A program made the translations under genes and the position numbers. From Octopus vulgaris (lineage: Eukaryota), in contig OX597819.1 of NCBI GenBank assembly GCA_951406725.2, positions 40,672,001 to 40,736,000 on the forward strand: a DNA stretch of 64,000 nucleotides. The letters are read 5' to 3'. The notes beneath the pieces are model-generated. The model had not been told where the DNA came from. It saw nothing but the letters and a program-made list of their open reading frames with translations, and ran no database searches. This document shows, one piece after another, positions 26,700 through 37,829 of this stretch. Position 1 is the first letter of the stretch; every line of letters starts with the position of its first letter.

Positions 26700-27710
26700 G
26701 AAGCAGACTGGATGATGATAATCTATGTAAACCTCTAAATTTAACACTAGCAGTCATACATCTCTTTGTACACACAGAACTAGAGAAGATTATTGCTGAA
26801 TCACAACCAGAACTAGAGAAGAAATTTCGGGTATAGAAGCACAGACTGGAATCAAAGGGCTTTAGAGTTAATTTAGCAAAGACCAAGATAGGAAAACAAG
26901 CAAATCACAAATCTCTTCAGAGCGGTGGCCCTGCTTGATATGTAGAAAAGGTATTGGGAGAAAGTCTATAAGGTGTACCAAGTGCAAGCTATGGACACAT
27001 AAGAGGCGCAGAGGTATTACTGGAAGACTAACAGAGAAAGTAGGCTTTACATGTGGCAGATGTGCAGGCATGTTAAAGATCAGGAATGTACAAAAAAATA
27101 GACTTCCTCAAATGTTAGGGGGGATCTTTACAAGTAGTAGATAGTTTTCGTTACTTAGGTGACAAGTTAGTTGTGGGAGGTGTTGTTCTGAAAGCATAGC
27201 TGTTAGAATAAGAATAGGCTGGGAGAAGTTCAGAGAACTACTACCTCTGTTAGTAATAAAAGGCCTCTCTCTCAGAGTGAAAGGCAGGTTGTATGATGCC
27301 TGTGTATGAACAGCTATGCTACATGACAGGGAGACATGGGCTATGACTACTGAAGATATGCAAAGGCTTGAAAGAAATGAAGCCAGTATCCAGGTTGGTT
27401 AATGTCAGTGAACATATATGCCAGAGTGTAAGTGATTTGAGGAGAGAAAAACTGGGTATAAAATGCACCAGATGTAGTGTGCCAGAGAGAAGACTGTGCT
27501 GGTATGGTCATGTAATGTATATGGACGAAGACAGCTGCATCAAGAGATGCTGATCTCTAATTGTAGAGTGAACATGTGGAATGGGTAGACCTGGAAAACA
27601 GGATGAAGTGGTGAGAAAGGATCTACAGATGTTGGGACTCACAGAGAGATGACAGGGGACTGAGACTCCTGGTAGTTTGCTGTACTTGAAAAGACACATC
27701 AAGCTAAGTA
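26700..27710 (+). mobile_element. Decayed RTE-clade LINE (RT end, Cys-rich insert, C-terminus)
   Basis: Encodes RLESKGFRVNLAKTK, WPCLICRKGIGRKSIRCTKC..WTH...FTCGRC and ERRLCWYGHV, with many stops. Confidence 0.78.
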
Positions 27711-28051
27711 AAAGCATGGCTTTCTTGCATACAGGTTTGTCCCCTGCATCCCTCTCCCGCTGAGCAGTCCTAATCTTGCAGGCTCATGGGTGCTGGTGCC
27801 ACATAACAAACACCTGTACCAGTACCATGTAAATGCACCTGTGCCGGTGTTGTGTAGCAGCACCCAGTATATTCTGTTGGTGTTAGGAAGGGCATCCAGC
27901 CAAACAGATATGGAACCTGGGTAGCTCTTCGACTGACCAGCTCTTCGACTGACCAGCTCTTGTCAAGCTGTCTAAACCAATGCCAACATGGGAAACATGC
28001 TAAATAATAATGATGTTGATGATATATACATATACATATATATATATATAT

Positions 28052-28917
28052 CATCATCATCATCATTTAACGTCCGTTTTCCACGCTAGCATGGGTTAGA
28101 CAGTTCGACCGGGGTCTGGAAGCGATGGAGGCTGCACCAGGCTCTAGTCTGATTTGGCAGAGTTTCTACAGCTGGATGCCCTTCCTAACACCAACCACTC
28201 CTTGAGTGTAGTGGGTGTTTTTTACGTGCCACCGGCACAGGGGCCACAGCAGGCTGGCAAACGGCCACATTCGGCTGGTGCTTTTACGTGTGACCGACAC
28301 GGACGCCAGTCAGGCGGCGCTGGCATCTGCCACATTCGGATGGTGCTTTTTATGTGTCACCGGCACGGGTGTCTTAACTACAATTTCCATTTGAATTTTT
28401 ATTTTGATGTTGATGTACTTGACTCAATAGGTCTCCTCAAGAACAGCAGGTCACTCTATGATCCAAGGTTAGCACAGCAGGCCATCCTGCGAGCCATGAA
28501 CTCACTTCATTTGTCGGGTCTTCGAAGTCACAGCATATCTCCAGAGGTCTCGGTCTTTCGTCATAGCCTCTGTGAGACTCAGAGTACGAAGGTCATGCTT
28601 GACCACCTTGTCCCATATCTTCCTGGGTCTACCTCTACCCTGGATTCCTTCAACAATTTGGGAGTGGCACTTCTTCACACATCTCTCCTCATCCATCCGT
28701 AGTACATGACCATACCAACGCAATCGTCTCTCCTGCACGTTGCATCTTATGTCCACCAATGCTTCTTATGTCCAGCATTTCTCTCAGAGCACTTACACTC
28801 TGTCATGTATGGACACTGACATTACACATCCAGCGGATCATGCTAGCTTCATTTCTTTCAAGCCTACGCATTTCCTCCGCAGTCACAACCCATGCTTCAC
28901 TACCGTGAAGCATGGCA
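28052..28917 (-). mobile_element. RTE-clade LINE 3' end with a (GAT)n tail
   Basis: Encodes QERRLRWYGHVLRM...RGRGRPRKIW...DRDLWR. Its 3' UTR is the same repeat seen at about 11155-11515, 12680-13023, 15846-16365, 21935-22345, 32400-32780, 53112-53305, 54945-55500 and 61783-62040. Confidence 0.85.
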
Positions 28918-29062
28918 CAATATAATACTGGTGATGAGATATAAACCATTAACCCATTTGCAAGTGAGATCAACACGTTATTAGCTTCACCAGCTGTAAT
29001 TCAATGGCTTCATACAATGTTGTTTAATAATGTGAACGATGCTTGTTTTCTAGTTAACTTAC

Positions 29063-29242
29063 ATTAAACTTGACACGGAATTCTCGACCGCATTCAAAAG
29101 GTGTTGTGATGGGAGTCAAATCAACACCCCAACTTGCAAAGAATTTCTCTACTCTTAATTCTTTCATGCAATTGAAGCCAACATTACGAATTCCATAGTC
29201 AACACCTGCACGCATTAATGTATCATAGACATGGAGGGCATA
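29063..29242 (-). CDS. PDPR: PDPR-like exon (YALHVYD...LRVEKFFASWGVDLTPITTPFECGREFRVKFN)
   Basis: ttttcag acceptor and gtaagt donor. 180 nt, phase 0-0. The EKFFAxWG and TTPxECGRE motifs fit PDPR better than SARDH/DMGDH. Confidence 0.93.
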
Positions 29243-29754
29243 CTGAAAATATATACAAAAGCAAAAAAACAAACAATTAAAAAACATTAGCAAACTACAT
29301 TCATTGTACTGCAATAACATTAATTATTATCTATTAGCAACAGGTGTGGCTTTTGTAATGAATAGTAGTTAGCACATCCAGCCTAAATTGGATGTTCTGT
29401 TTACAATACCTTAAACTACTGTCATTGTGATAAGGACCACCAAAATCCTTCAATGAAGTGATTAATTTGGGTCATCTAATAAATACTAAAAAAAAATTTT
29501 TATTTTTACTTCTTCTTAAGAGTGTTCCCTGATATTTAGTCATAATATACAACCCACTAAACTCTGATTTCAAATGTCACCGAGGTGTGTGTGTGTGTGT
29601 GTGTGCATGCGTGTGTGTGCTGCTTATTATATTAAAAGCTAACCGTCTGCTTTGAGTTTATATACTATATATTTTATATATGCACACACACACATGTGTG
29701 TTTGTACTGTTCACATAACAAAGGATAAAAATACATATATATTATATCCTTTAA

Positions 29755-30017
29755 CCTTTTAGTGTTCAGATTACTCTGTTAAATGTAATACTTTTTAACT
29801 CAAATTGTTTTTAATTAATCCTGCATTATCTTATAGCTTTTGAGGTTTCAGTGATGTGATTGTTTATTTTTAGAATGTCAATGTAGTTTAGGTGTGAGAG
29901 GCTAGATATCACCAGTTTGAATATAAAACATGTAGAATATCTGAGCCAGATATGGCCAGTTTGAATATAAAACATAGAATATTTGGGCTGGATATGGCCG
30001 GTTTAAACACTAAAGGG
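29755..30017 (-). mobile_element. piggyBac-type MITE, same family as 4179-4600 and 5833-6408
   Basis: TTAA|ccttttagtgtt...aacactaaaggg|TTAA. Confidence 0.78.
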
Positions 30018-30156
30018 TTAAACAAAATTTCAGAAAAAATAGCAATAAAATATAAAATCACTTTTGGCAGAGTAAGTCATAATTATACAAATATAATCAA
30101 TGTTTTGCAATATAATTTCTACATAAACATTTAGGGACAGAAGTAGGGCGTCTTTA

Positions 30157-30885
30157 TAATAATAATAATAATAATAATTGTGTACAGTGCTCAGGTGCAC
30201 TACAACTCATCTAAAGTGTATATATAATCAGGTGTAGTTTCGGCGGATTTCGGAAAGCATGAGGGCCTTAAAAGATGCAGTGTCATGGCAGTCAACAACT
30301 GACGCAGGCAGTTTATTCCATGCTTCAGCAACTCTGAGCGTGAAAAAATGTTTCCGAAAGTCATGGGAGCTGTATTGTTTTCTGACTTTGTAGGCATGTC
30401 CACGTGTGTTAGACACATGGAGATCAAAAAGGTGTTCAGTGTTGTTGTTGGTGAGGTGGTTGATAACTTTGTGGGTGTTTACCAAGTCCGTCGCCAAACG
30501 CCGGAGCTTCAGTGAATCCATGCCCAGGGAAACAAGGCGCTCAGAATATGGTAGGTGTCTGATGGAGGGTATGCGTTTGGTTGCACGTCTCTGGACAGAT
30601 TCCAGGAGGTCAATGTTCTGTGCAAGATAGGGGTTCCAAACTGATGATGCGAATTCCAAGTGTGGTCGTACCATAGCTGTATACAGTTTTAAATAGATGG
30701 CTGGAGAGCGGCTAACAAAAGACCTGCTGAGTGATGCCAAGACACCCTCGGCCTTCCTGACAATCTTAGAGATATGCTTTGACCAACGCAAATCACTGCT
30801 GACAGTGATGCCTAGGTCACGCTCACAAGAGGATTTCTTGATATCAGTGTTGTGGAGGGAGTATGTGAACGCAGGGTTTTTTCTG
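30157..30885 (-). mobile_element. CR1/L2-group LINE 3' end with an (ATT)n tail
   Basis: Encodes ERDLGI.V..DL.W..H, LY..MVRPHLEFASSVWNP, LESVQRRATK, TRGH, FF..RV...WN.LP. Confidence 0.88.
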
Positions 30886-30941
30886 CCTATCCAATACAGC
30901 ACAAAGGAACATGAAAAATTACCTGTGATAATAAACATATT

Positions 30942-31925
30942 GGTTAACGTTTACTTTAACACTTGGCCACCAAAACAAAAAAAAAGTGTAATAGGCGTAA
31001 AAAATGTGTATTAAACAAATATGAAAACAAAAATTTTGTGCTAATAAACTGGGGGGTGGAGAGAGGACTTTCAGCAAATTTTATACAAATACCTTTGAAA
31101 CAGCATAGATGATGATTATAAAGAAATTTGTGTGGAAAATCTTTTCCAAGGGGGTTGGGGAGAGGACTTTCGGAAAATTCACATGATCCGATTTTTCCTT
31201 CATAACTTTTAGAAAAATGGATATCTTGTAATGAAATTTTACACAAAAACCTTTGAAATGGCATAGAACACATGTATCATGGTGAGAGAAACCAAATCAT
31301 AAATACGGCGTTGAATATGGTTTCACTATGGTAAAAAGGTTAAGGGTGATTTAGCTGTTGTTTTTAGCACAACTCCACCATTGAGATCATTTTTTAAAAC
31401 CTTTTTCTATTACTCAAACAAAAAATAAATGAAGGTAAAAATTTTTTTCCAAACCTTTTTTCCATTACACTTACACAAAACAATAATTTATGAATTTCTT
31501 TCTCTTCAAAAGTCGCCTTCCCACACCCTCAGAAAAAATTTTCCCTACACATTTCTATATAATCATAATCTATACCGTTTAAAAGATAAGCATTTTCCTA
31601 AAAGTTATGAGGGAAAAATGAGGGAATTTTCCAAAAATCCTCTTCCCACCCACTTGGAAAAAATCTCCCCCACAAATTTCTTTATAATCATAATTTATTC
31701 TGTTTCAAAAGTATTTATATAAAATTTCATTAAAAGGTATCCATTTTCCTAAAGGTTATGAGGGAAAAAAATCAGATCTTGTGAATTTTCCAAAAGTCCC
31801 CCCTCCCCGGTTTGTTGGCACAAATTTTTGTTTTCATATTCATTGATTACACATTTTTTTAAACACTTATTACACTTGATTTTTTTGTTTGTTTTAGTAG
31901 CCGGGTGTTAAAGTAAACATTAACC
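30942..31925. mobile_element. Non-autonomous DNA transposon with long imperfect TIRs, GG...CC termini and an 8-bp TSD (Merlin- or MULE-like)
   Basis: aacatatt|GGTTAACGTTTACTTTAACAC ... GTGTTAAAGTAAACATTAACC|aacatatt. Inverted similarity extends over 130 bp, with internal sub-repeats. Confidence 0.75.
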
Positions 31926-33120
31926 AACATATTCTATCATTTTTGTATCTTTAACTTGCTTTGGTTATTAGAGTGTAGCCATGCTGGGGCACCACCTTGA
32001 GGAATTTTTAGTTAAATGAATTGACCCCAGGACTTATTTGTTTCCCTTTTGTTTAAACCTGATATTTATTCTATAAGCCTCTTTTTGCTGAGCTGCTAAG
32101 TTACAAGGATGCAAACATACCAACACCAGATGTCAAGTGATGGTGGGGACAAACACTGACACAAAGATACACACGTGCACGCACACACACACACACACAC
32201 ACACGATGGGCTTCTTTCATTTTCTGTCTACCAAATCCACTTACAAGGCTTAAGTTGCCCAAGGTGCCATGCAGTGTAACTGAACCTGGAACCATGTGGT
32301 TGGGAAGCAAGCTTCTTACCACACAGCCAAGCCTGCACCTAGAATGTTTTACACGACTGTATTTCTTGGCATACAAGCAGACTTGGCATATAGTATAAAC
32401 ATCTGTGCCAGTGGCACGTAAAAAGCACCATTCGAGCGTGATCGTTACCTGCGTCGCCTTACAGGCACTTGTGCTGTGGGCACGTGAAAAAACATTCGAG
32501 CGAGGTTGTTGCTAGTTCCACTGGACTGGCTCCTGTGCAGGTAAAAAGCACCATTTGGGCGTGGCCGTTGCCAGTACCGCCAGACTGGCCCTCGTGCTGG
32601 AGGCACGTAAAAGCACCCACTACACTCTCAGTGGTTGGCGTTAGGAAGGGCATCCAGCTGTAGAAACTCTGCCAGATCAAGATTGAAGCCTGATGCAGCC
32701 ATCTGGTTCACCAGACCTCAGTCAAATCGTCCAACCCATGCTAGCATGGAAAGCAGACGTTAAAGAATGATGATGATGATTCACTATCATTCCAAATCTT
32801 GGTGCATTTCATTTGGAATTTTTGGTTCTCCAAAGTTGTCTCAGTGTAGAAATCAACCTACATTTTATGGCTCTAAATTTTGGCCTGAAAAGTCCGACTT
32901 CTATGCCAGAAAATATGGTATATTAGAGAAATTTAATAATAATAATCCTTTTTACTGTAAGCACAAAGCCTGATATTTGAGGGGAGGTGGGGGCTAGTCG
33001 ATTACATCAACCCCAGTACTCAACTGGTACTGGTTAATTAACTAGTATTAGTTCATTTTTATGTAAGAAATTCTTTCTCTTTTTTTCTTTTTTACATTTG
33101 TTTGAACAAGAAATTCCTAC

Positions 33121-33210
33121 CTCAGCAGGGATGTATAAAATAAATCCATCTTCTCCAACATGAGTGAGACGCATTGCTCGAATTCCACTTGCATATCCAA
33201 CATCAACGAC
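33121..33210 (-). CDS. PDPR: PDPR-like exon (VVDVGYASGIRAMRLTHVGEDGFILYIPAE)
   Basis: tttaaag acceptor and gtagga donor. 90 nt, phase 0-0. Confidence 0.92.
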
Positions 33211-33676
33211 CTTTAAAGTAAAATGAAGATAATATGTACAGATACAGGGTTGGCCCCAGGAAGAGTGTTAGGTCATAAAACACTACTACAAAAAGATAAT
33301 CCCTTCCAACCTATGCCAGCATGGACGTAAAGAAGTAATGATGATGATGATGACGATGATGATTACATACATACCTACATAGATCACTGCCGCTGCCATC
33401 ATCATCATATTAATGTCTGCTTTTCCATGTGGTTAGGCTGTTGCACTCACAATCACTAGATTGTGGGTTCAATTCTCTGACTGGGCAGTGTGTTGTCTTC
33501 TTGAGCAAAACACTTCATTTCGTGTTGCTTCAGTCCCACTTTTGATCAGTGAGGACTGTTAGCCTACTTGCCTAGCAGGCAGGGTGGCATCATTTGAAGG
33601 CTAAAACAATGCGAAGGTGCATTGTGACCAGTGATGTATAACAATAGCTGACAGCCTGGTCAGTCACATAATCACA

Positions 33677-33711
<35 letters not shown>

Positions 33712-33794
33712 CAACAATTGAGGGTAAAATTAATTAATTATTAATCAATTTCACCAAGTGTTCAGTATGCAAAGGGACCATTTAAGGCGAATTC

Positions 33795-34108
33795 AAATTA
33801 TTACATTATATAAAGGGCTTAGTAAAATAAATTACTTTGCCGCATACTGAACTCATTAGAAATAGCAGCTAAAAAACTTTTTAAAACTATTTCTAATACT
33901 TAAAGAAAATCTCTCTCATATATGCGTTTGCTTAATTCAACTCACAAAAGTTTTGTGAGTTGAATTAAGCAAACGCTATATATGAGAGAGATTTTCTTTA
34001 AGTATTAGAAATAGCTTTAAAAAAGTTTTTTAGCTGCTATTTCTAATGAGTTCAGTATGCGGCAAAGTAATTTATTTTACTAAGCCCTTTTATATAATGT
34101 AATAATTT
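33795..34108. repeat. Near-perfect 314-bp palindrome with a 1-nt centre at 33950
   Basis: Arms aaattattacattata...ctcacaaaa and ttttgtgag...tataatgtaataattt are reverse complements with only a few mismatches or indels. Confidence 0.95.
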
Positions 34109-34159
34109 ATATATATATATATATATATAAGCGAGAAAGAAGCAACAAGAATGGATAGG

Positions 34160-34251
34160 TTTTTAGTACAATCGTTTCATACAAGGACAGGCTTTATTAA
34201 AAGTTGCAAAAATTACAGCATATAAACGTGTCCCGTACTCATCAGCTAAAA
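34160..34251 (-). ncRNA. Type I hammerhead ribozyme (PLE-associated, short stem III)
   Basis: Minus strand reads UUUUAG-CUGAUGA-[guacgggaca...uguccuuguau]-GAAA-cgauug-UA|CUAAAA. All core nucleotides are present and stems I and II pair. Predicted cleavage between 34167 and 34166. Confidence 0.8.
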
Positions 34252-35703
34252 TACATGTGAGTTCTCTAGACATCCTAGTGGTTGAGGCTATACTCATGAA
34301 GTAATGTAGATAATTAAGTAACATAAACAGATTTCTAAAGTTCATTAAAGTTCATTAAAGATGATGTACAGTCTTATCACAGAATTTTAAAAAAGTTTTA
34401 ATAGCATCACAGAGAAGGTGACCTAATCCATAGTGCACATATGAATTTCCAGAGATATGATGAGGGATTACATACTCACAGAAGACAAATTTATCCATTG
34501 TTAATTACAACGAGGTGGGTTTCAATTCCTGCTTATTAGCATTATAGAGAGGGTGAATTAATCCTTTGTATAGATGCACAATTTCCAATGGTGTAGATGT
34601 AAATTTCCAGAGAAATGAAGAGGAATTTCAAACTCACAGGCGATAAGTTTATCAATGGTTGAACACAATGAGGTAGGTATCAATTCTTGTTATATGATTA
34701 GGTATTTGCCACATTAATCACATTACTGCTATTTACAAGAGGCTGTAGCTATTTAACTTCTAAAGGCTGAAGGGCTTTCTAGAGCGGCAAAAAATGGAAA
34801 AGGGAAGGGAATAGAGGAAAAGAGAGAAAATAAAGGAGGAGGGAGCAAAAAGGGGGGGGGGACTCAAAGAGAAGAGAAAAGGAAAAAGAGAATAAGCAGA
34901 AGGAAAGGAAGAAGAGAAAAGAGAAAGATATAGGGAAAGAAGGGAAAAAAGAAAAAGAAAAAAAGGGTTCTAGTTATACAGAAGAATTAGTAGACGGCAA
35001 GTCTGGTTTTAATTTTCAGGCATCTAGGAACGAGAGGAGAATATTATTCTTTGACCAGTAAAACAGCTAATTTATTGCTGTTGAAATCAGCTATGAATTT
35101 AAAGAGAATCTAAAGAGATAACACAGTCAGGGGTTTTGGGGTCAGATGCTAAAATCACCAGAAAACACATTAGGAAAATCTAGGTATAAACTTATCAAAA
35201 AGTCATTAAAATTTACTTATTTAATTTATTCCTTTTATTGTCTCAAGGAGTTGCCGTTATTATTCATACATTGACGGACTACAGGTCAAATCTTAGAAGA
35301 TCATTTATAAGGTGTTTGGGGATTGTCTATTATAATGAAGATAATCATATTATCACCGAGGGGATAGCCTTATTTATTTAATTTTGAAATAGAATTATGG
35401 GGCTATAGTCACTCATTTTAATTTATTAGAGTTATGCTATTTAAATTAAATTAAGTTAGGAATTAAAATTAAAAATTACAATTAAGATTTAAAATTAAGA
35501 ATTTAAAAATTGTGAGTTTGAAATTAAATAAAGCCTCAATTAAGCAGCCAACAAGTGCTATTCATTTCCCTGTTCTCAAAAAACTGATGCAGATATAAGG
35601 AAAAAGATAACTATAGTGTGAGAACTCTTAGTTATCTACTTAAAGCAATGCTATACTAATAGAAGTCAAGTTATATCTATCTATCTAGTTACGAATATTC
35701 TAA

Positions 35704-36855
35704 TCATTTAAAATATTTTAAAGTCTTCAATTTAGCGTGGACACAAACTTGACCTAGTTCGATATGGTTATTCAATAAGTTTCTATGTTTTCTATGCTTT
35801 ATAATTTCATACGTCTCCATGGAGCACAGTTGACAACCAACCCTACTATTTTTATACGGAAATGCTCTCCTAACTATTTCCCAATTAAGGTTGTAATTTT
35901 TATTATTATTTTTGAGTTCCCAGATTTTGTTTGAAAGTGTGGTGGTACCAGCTTTATGACGTAATTTAAAAGTCGAGATGTGATTTCTAATTCTGGCTAA
36001 AAAATTAATTGTACATCCAATGTAAAAGTATTTGTTATTCTCCGTGGATATGGTACATTTATAGATTACATTATTTTCCCCACATAGACCAGGTGCCGGG
36101 CATTTTGATTTTATTCTACACTTACACACAGGAGGAATAACTTCAGGCTTTGGATTATTCTTGGGTAGATGTTTTAGGTTCTTATTATTTTGATTATCAT
36201 TTCTATAGTTGGTGCTGATATCTAAAGTATTGCTATTATTTATTGATCCTTCTGTTTCATCATTTAGGTCTAAAGTCCTACCATGATTTCTTGTATTATT
36301 GGTAATGTTAATATTATTGTTAGTCTTTTTATCCGACTGCATATTGTTGTTATAGATATCACTAATATTTTCATTCTCCCTATTTTCTCCATTATCCCTA
36401 TTTCTATTATTTCTATTATTAACATTATTACTTCTATTAATATCGGCATTGTTATTATTACTATTAATGTTAATGTTATTAGTCATTCTGTGGTTACTAC
36501 TTTCACCTATGTTTTGATAGTTACTATTGCTGTTTTTATTGTTGGTAGTATTATTATAATTGCTATTAGTAGTATTGTTGGTAGTATTATTATAATTGCT
36601 AGTGGTATTCATGCTGATATTACTATTTTTATTTCTATCTTTCCTGGCTAGTTTAATGTTGTTATTATTAATCTTAGCTATTAAAGTGGACATATTTGGG
36701 AGGGTTGAATAAGAAATTCTAACTGTTTTCCTAGAAATAATTCTATGATATCTATGAGAGATAGGGAAATTTTTTTCCAGAATCACTTTGAATTTGTTCT
36801 GTATATCCGATTGTATCGCACAGTTGAAAGGAATATTCAGCCATAATATAATCAC
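35704..36855 (-). CDS. PLE C-terminal ORF: RT-thumb remnant + Asn-rich insert + Cys-linker + GIY-YIG endonuclease
   Basis: Motifs in order: LWLNIPF...NFPISHRYHRIISRKTVRISYSTLPNM (PLE thumb), CKC-x4-C-x5-C linker, VIY...YIG, RxxNH, LSNKIWELK, W, CQLCSME, LLN, CVH. No RT catalytic core is present. Confidence 0.85.
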   Translation of the reverse strand: MIILWLNIPFNCAIQSDIQNKFKVILEKNFPISHRYHRIISRKTVRISYSTLPNMSTLIAKINNNNIKLARKDRNKNSNISMNTTSNYNNTTNNTTNSNYNNTTNNKNSNSNYQNIGESSNHRMTNNININSNNNNADINRSNNVNNRNNRNRDNGENRENENISDIYNNNMQSDKKTNNNINITNNTRNHGRTLDLNDETEGSINNSNTLDISTNYRNDNQNNKNLKHLPKNNPKPEVIPPVCKCRIKSKCPAPGLCGENNVIYKCTISTENNKYFYIGCTINFLARIRNHISTFKLRHKAGTTTLSNKIWELKNNNKNYNLNWEIVRRAFPYKNSRVGCQLCSMETYEIIKHRKHRNLLNNHIELGQVCVHAKLKTLKYFK

Positions 36856-36962
36856 CCCACATTACTGTATTGTTAAATCAGTATGGTTTTTTTGGGTGCA
36901 TCTAAGTTAGGTACCATATTCAAGTTAATTCATTTAAATTAACTTGAATCTTTATTGCTTTT

Positions 36963-37002
<40 letters not shown>

Positions 37003-37087
37003 ACTAATGTAGGATAAAATTTTTTTCGAAAAAAAATTTTATCAATGGCCAGCATATCAAAAAATACCTTTAAAGGTTGATTTATAA

Positions 37088-37256
37088 ATAGCTTATAAAA
37101 TAAGGGCAAAAGAAAAATTCTAATGCCAAATATGCCGAAAAAAGACAAAATTGTCAATAACCATTATAATTAATTATAATGGTTATTGACAATTTTGTTT
37201 TTTTTTCAGCATATTTGGCATTAGAATTTTTCTTTTGCCCTCATTTTATAAGTTAT
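37088..37256. repeat. Loopless palindrome with arms of about 84 bp
   Basis: Centre ccattataatt|aattataatgg at 37171/37172. The arms are reverse complementary. Confidence 0.92.
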
Positions 37257-37331
37257 ATATATATATATATGTATTCATTTGTGTGTGTGTGCATGTGTAT
37301 GTGTGTGTATACATATTATAATACGTATAGG

Positions 37332-37382
<51 letters not shown>

Positions 37383-37510
37383 GATGATGATGATGATATA
37401 AATATATAGATTCAGATGAATGTGGTACTTAAGTTGAGGCACCAGAATTTAGTATAGTATTATCTATACAATTTAAAATAAGGTGATTAAAATCAAAATA
37501 AGCAACAAGG

Positions 37511-37620
37511 ATATCCAGAGGTAATGCAGTACGATTGTTTCATGCAACTCCATTTAATGATTGCATTGTTCAATTAAATGGAGTCGCATGAAACGATCGT
37601 ACTGCATTACCTCTGGATAT
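37511..37620. repeat. Inverted repeat of a PLE pLTR tail containing the 3' half of a hammerhead
   Basis: atatccagaggtaatgcagtacgattgtttcatgc... pairs with ...gcatgaaacgatcgtactgcattacctctggatat. Confidence 0.85.
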
Positions 37621-37829
37621 GTTGAATCGTTAGCCCCTACACGCAATTTTTTTCTTTTCTGTGTATCTTTCTGTCGAAGAGCGTAGGCTCGAAACGTAAA
37701 ATACTTGTGTTATTTCTATTCCTGAGTGCCATACTAATACATTATTTGTTTGTACTCCACCTGCCTTCGTCTTTTGTTTATTTTCGTAAACCTGCCTTCG
37801 TCTTTTGTTTATTTTCATAAACCTTCCCG

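Larger units (their letters stand above)
34129..36965 (-). mobile_element. 5'-truncated Penelope-like retroelement (Neptune-type architecture) between (TA)n arrays
   Basis: Contains the ORF 35704-36855 and, 1.45 kb downstream, a hammerhead ribozyme. Both ends abut (TA)n tracts. Confidence 0.8.

Noticed and set aside
36283-36651. 122-aa Ile/Val-rich + strand ORF
   Set aside because: Antisense shadow of the AAT-rich insert in the PLE ORF. The same applies to 3638-3883 and 3723-4007 over the poly-Asn exon.
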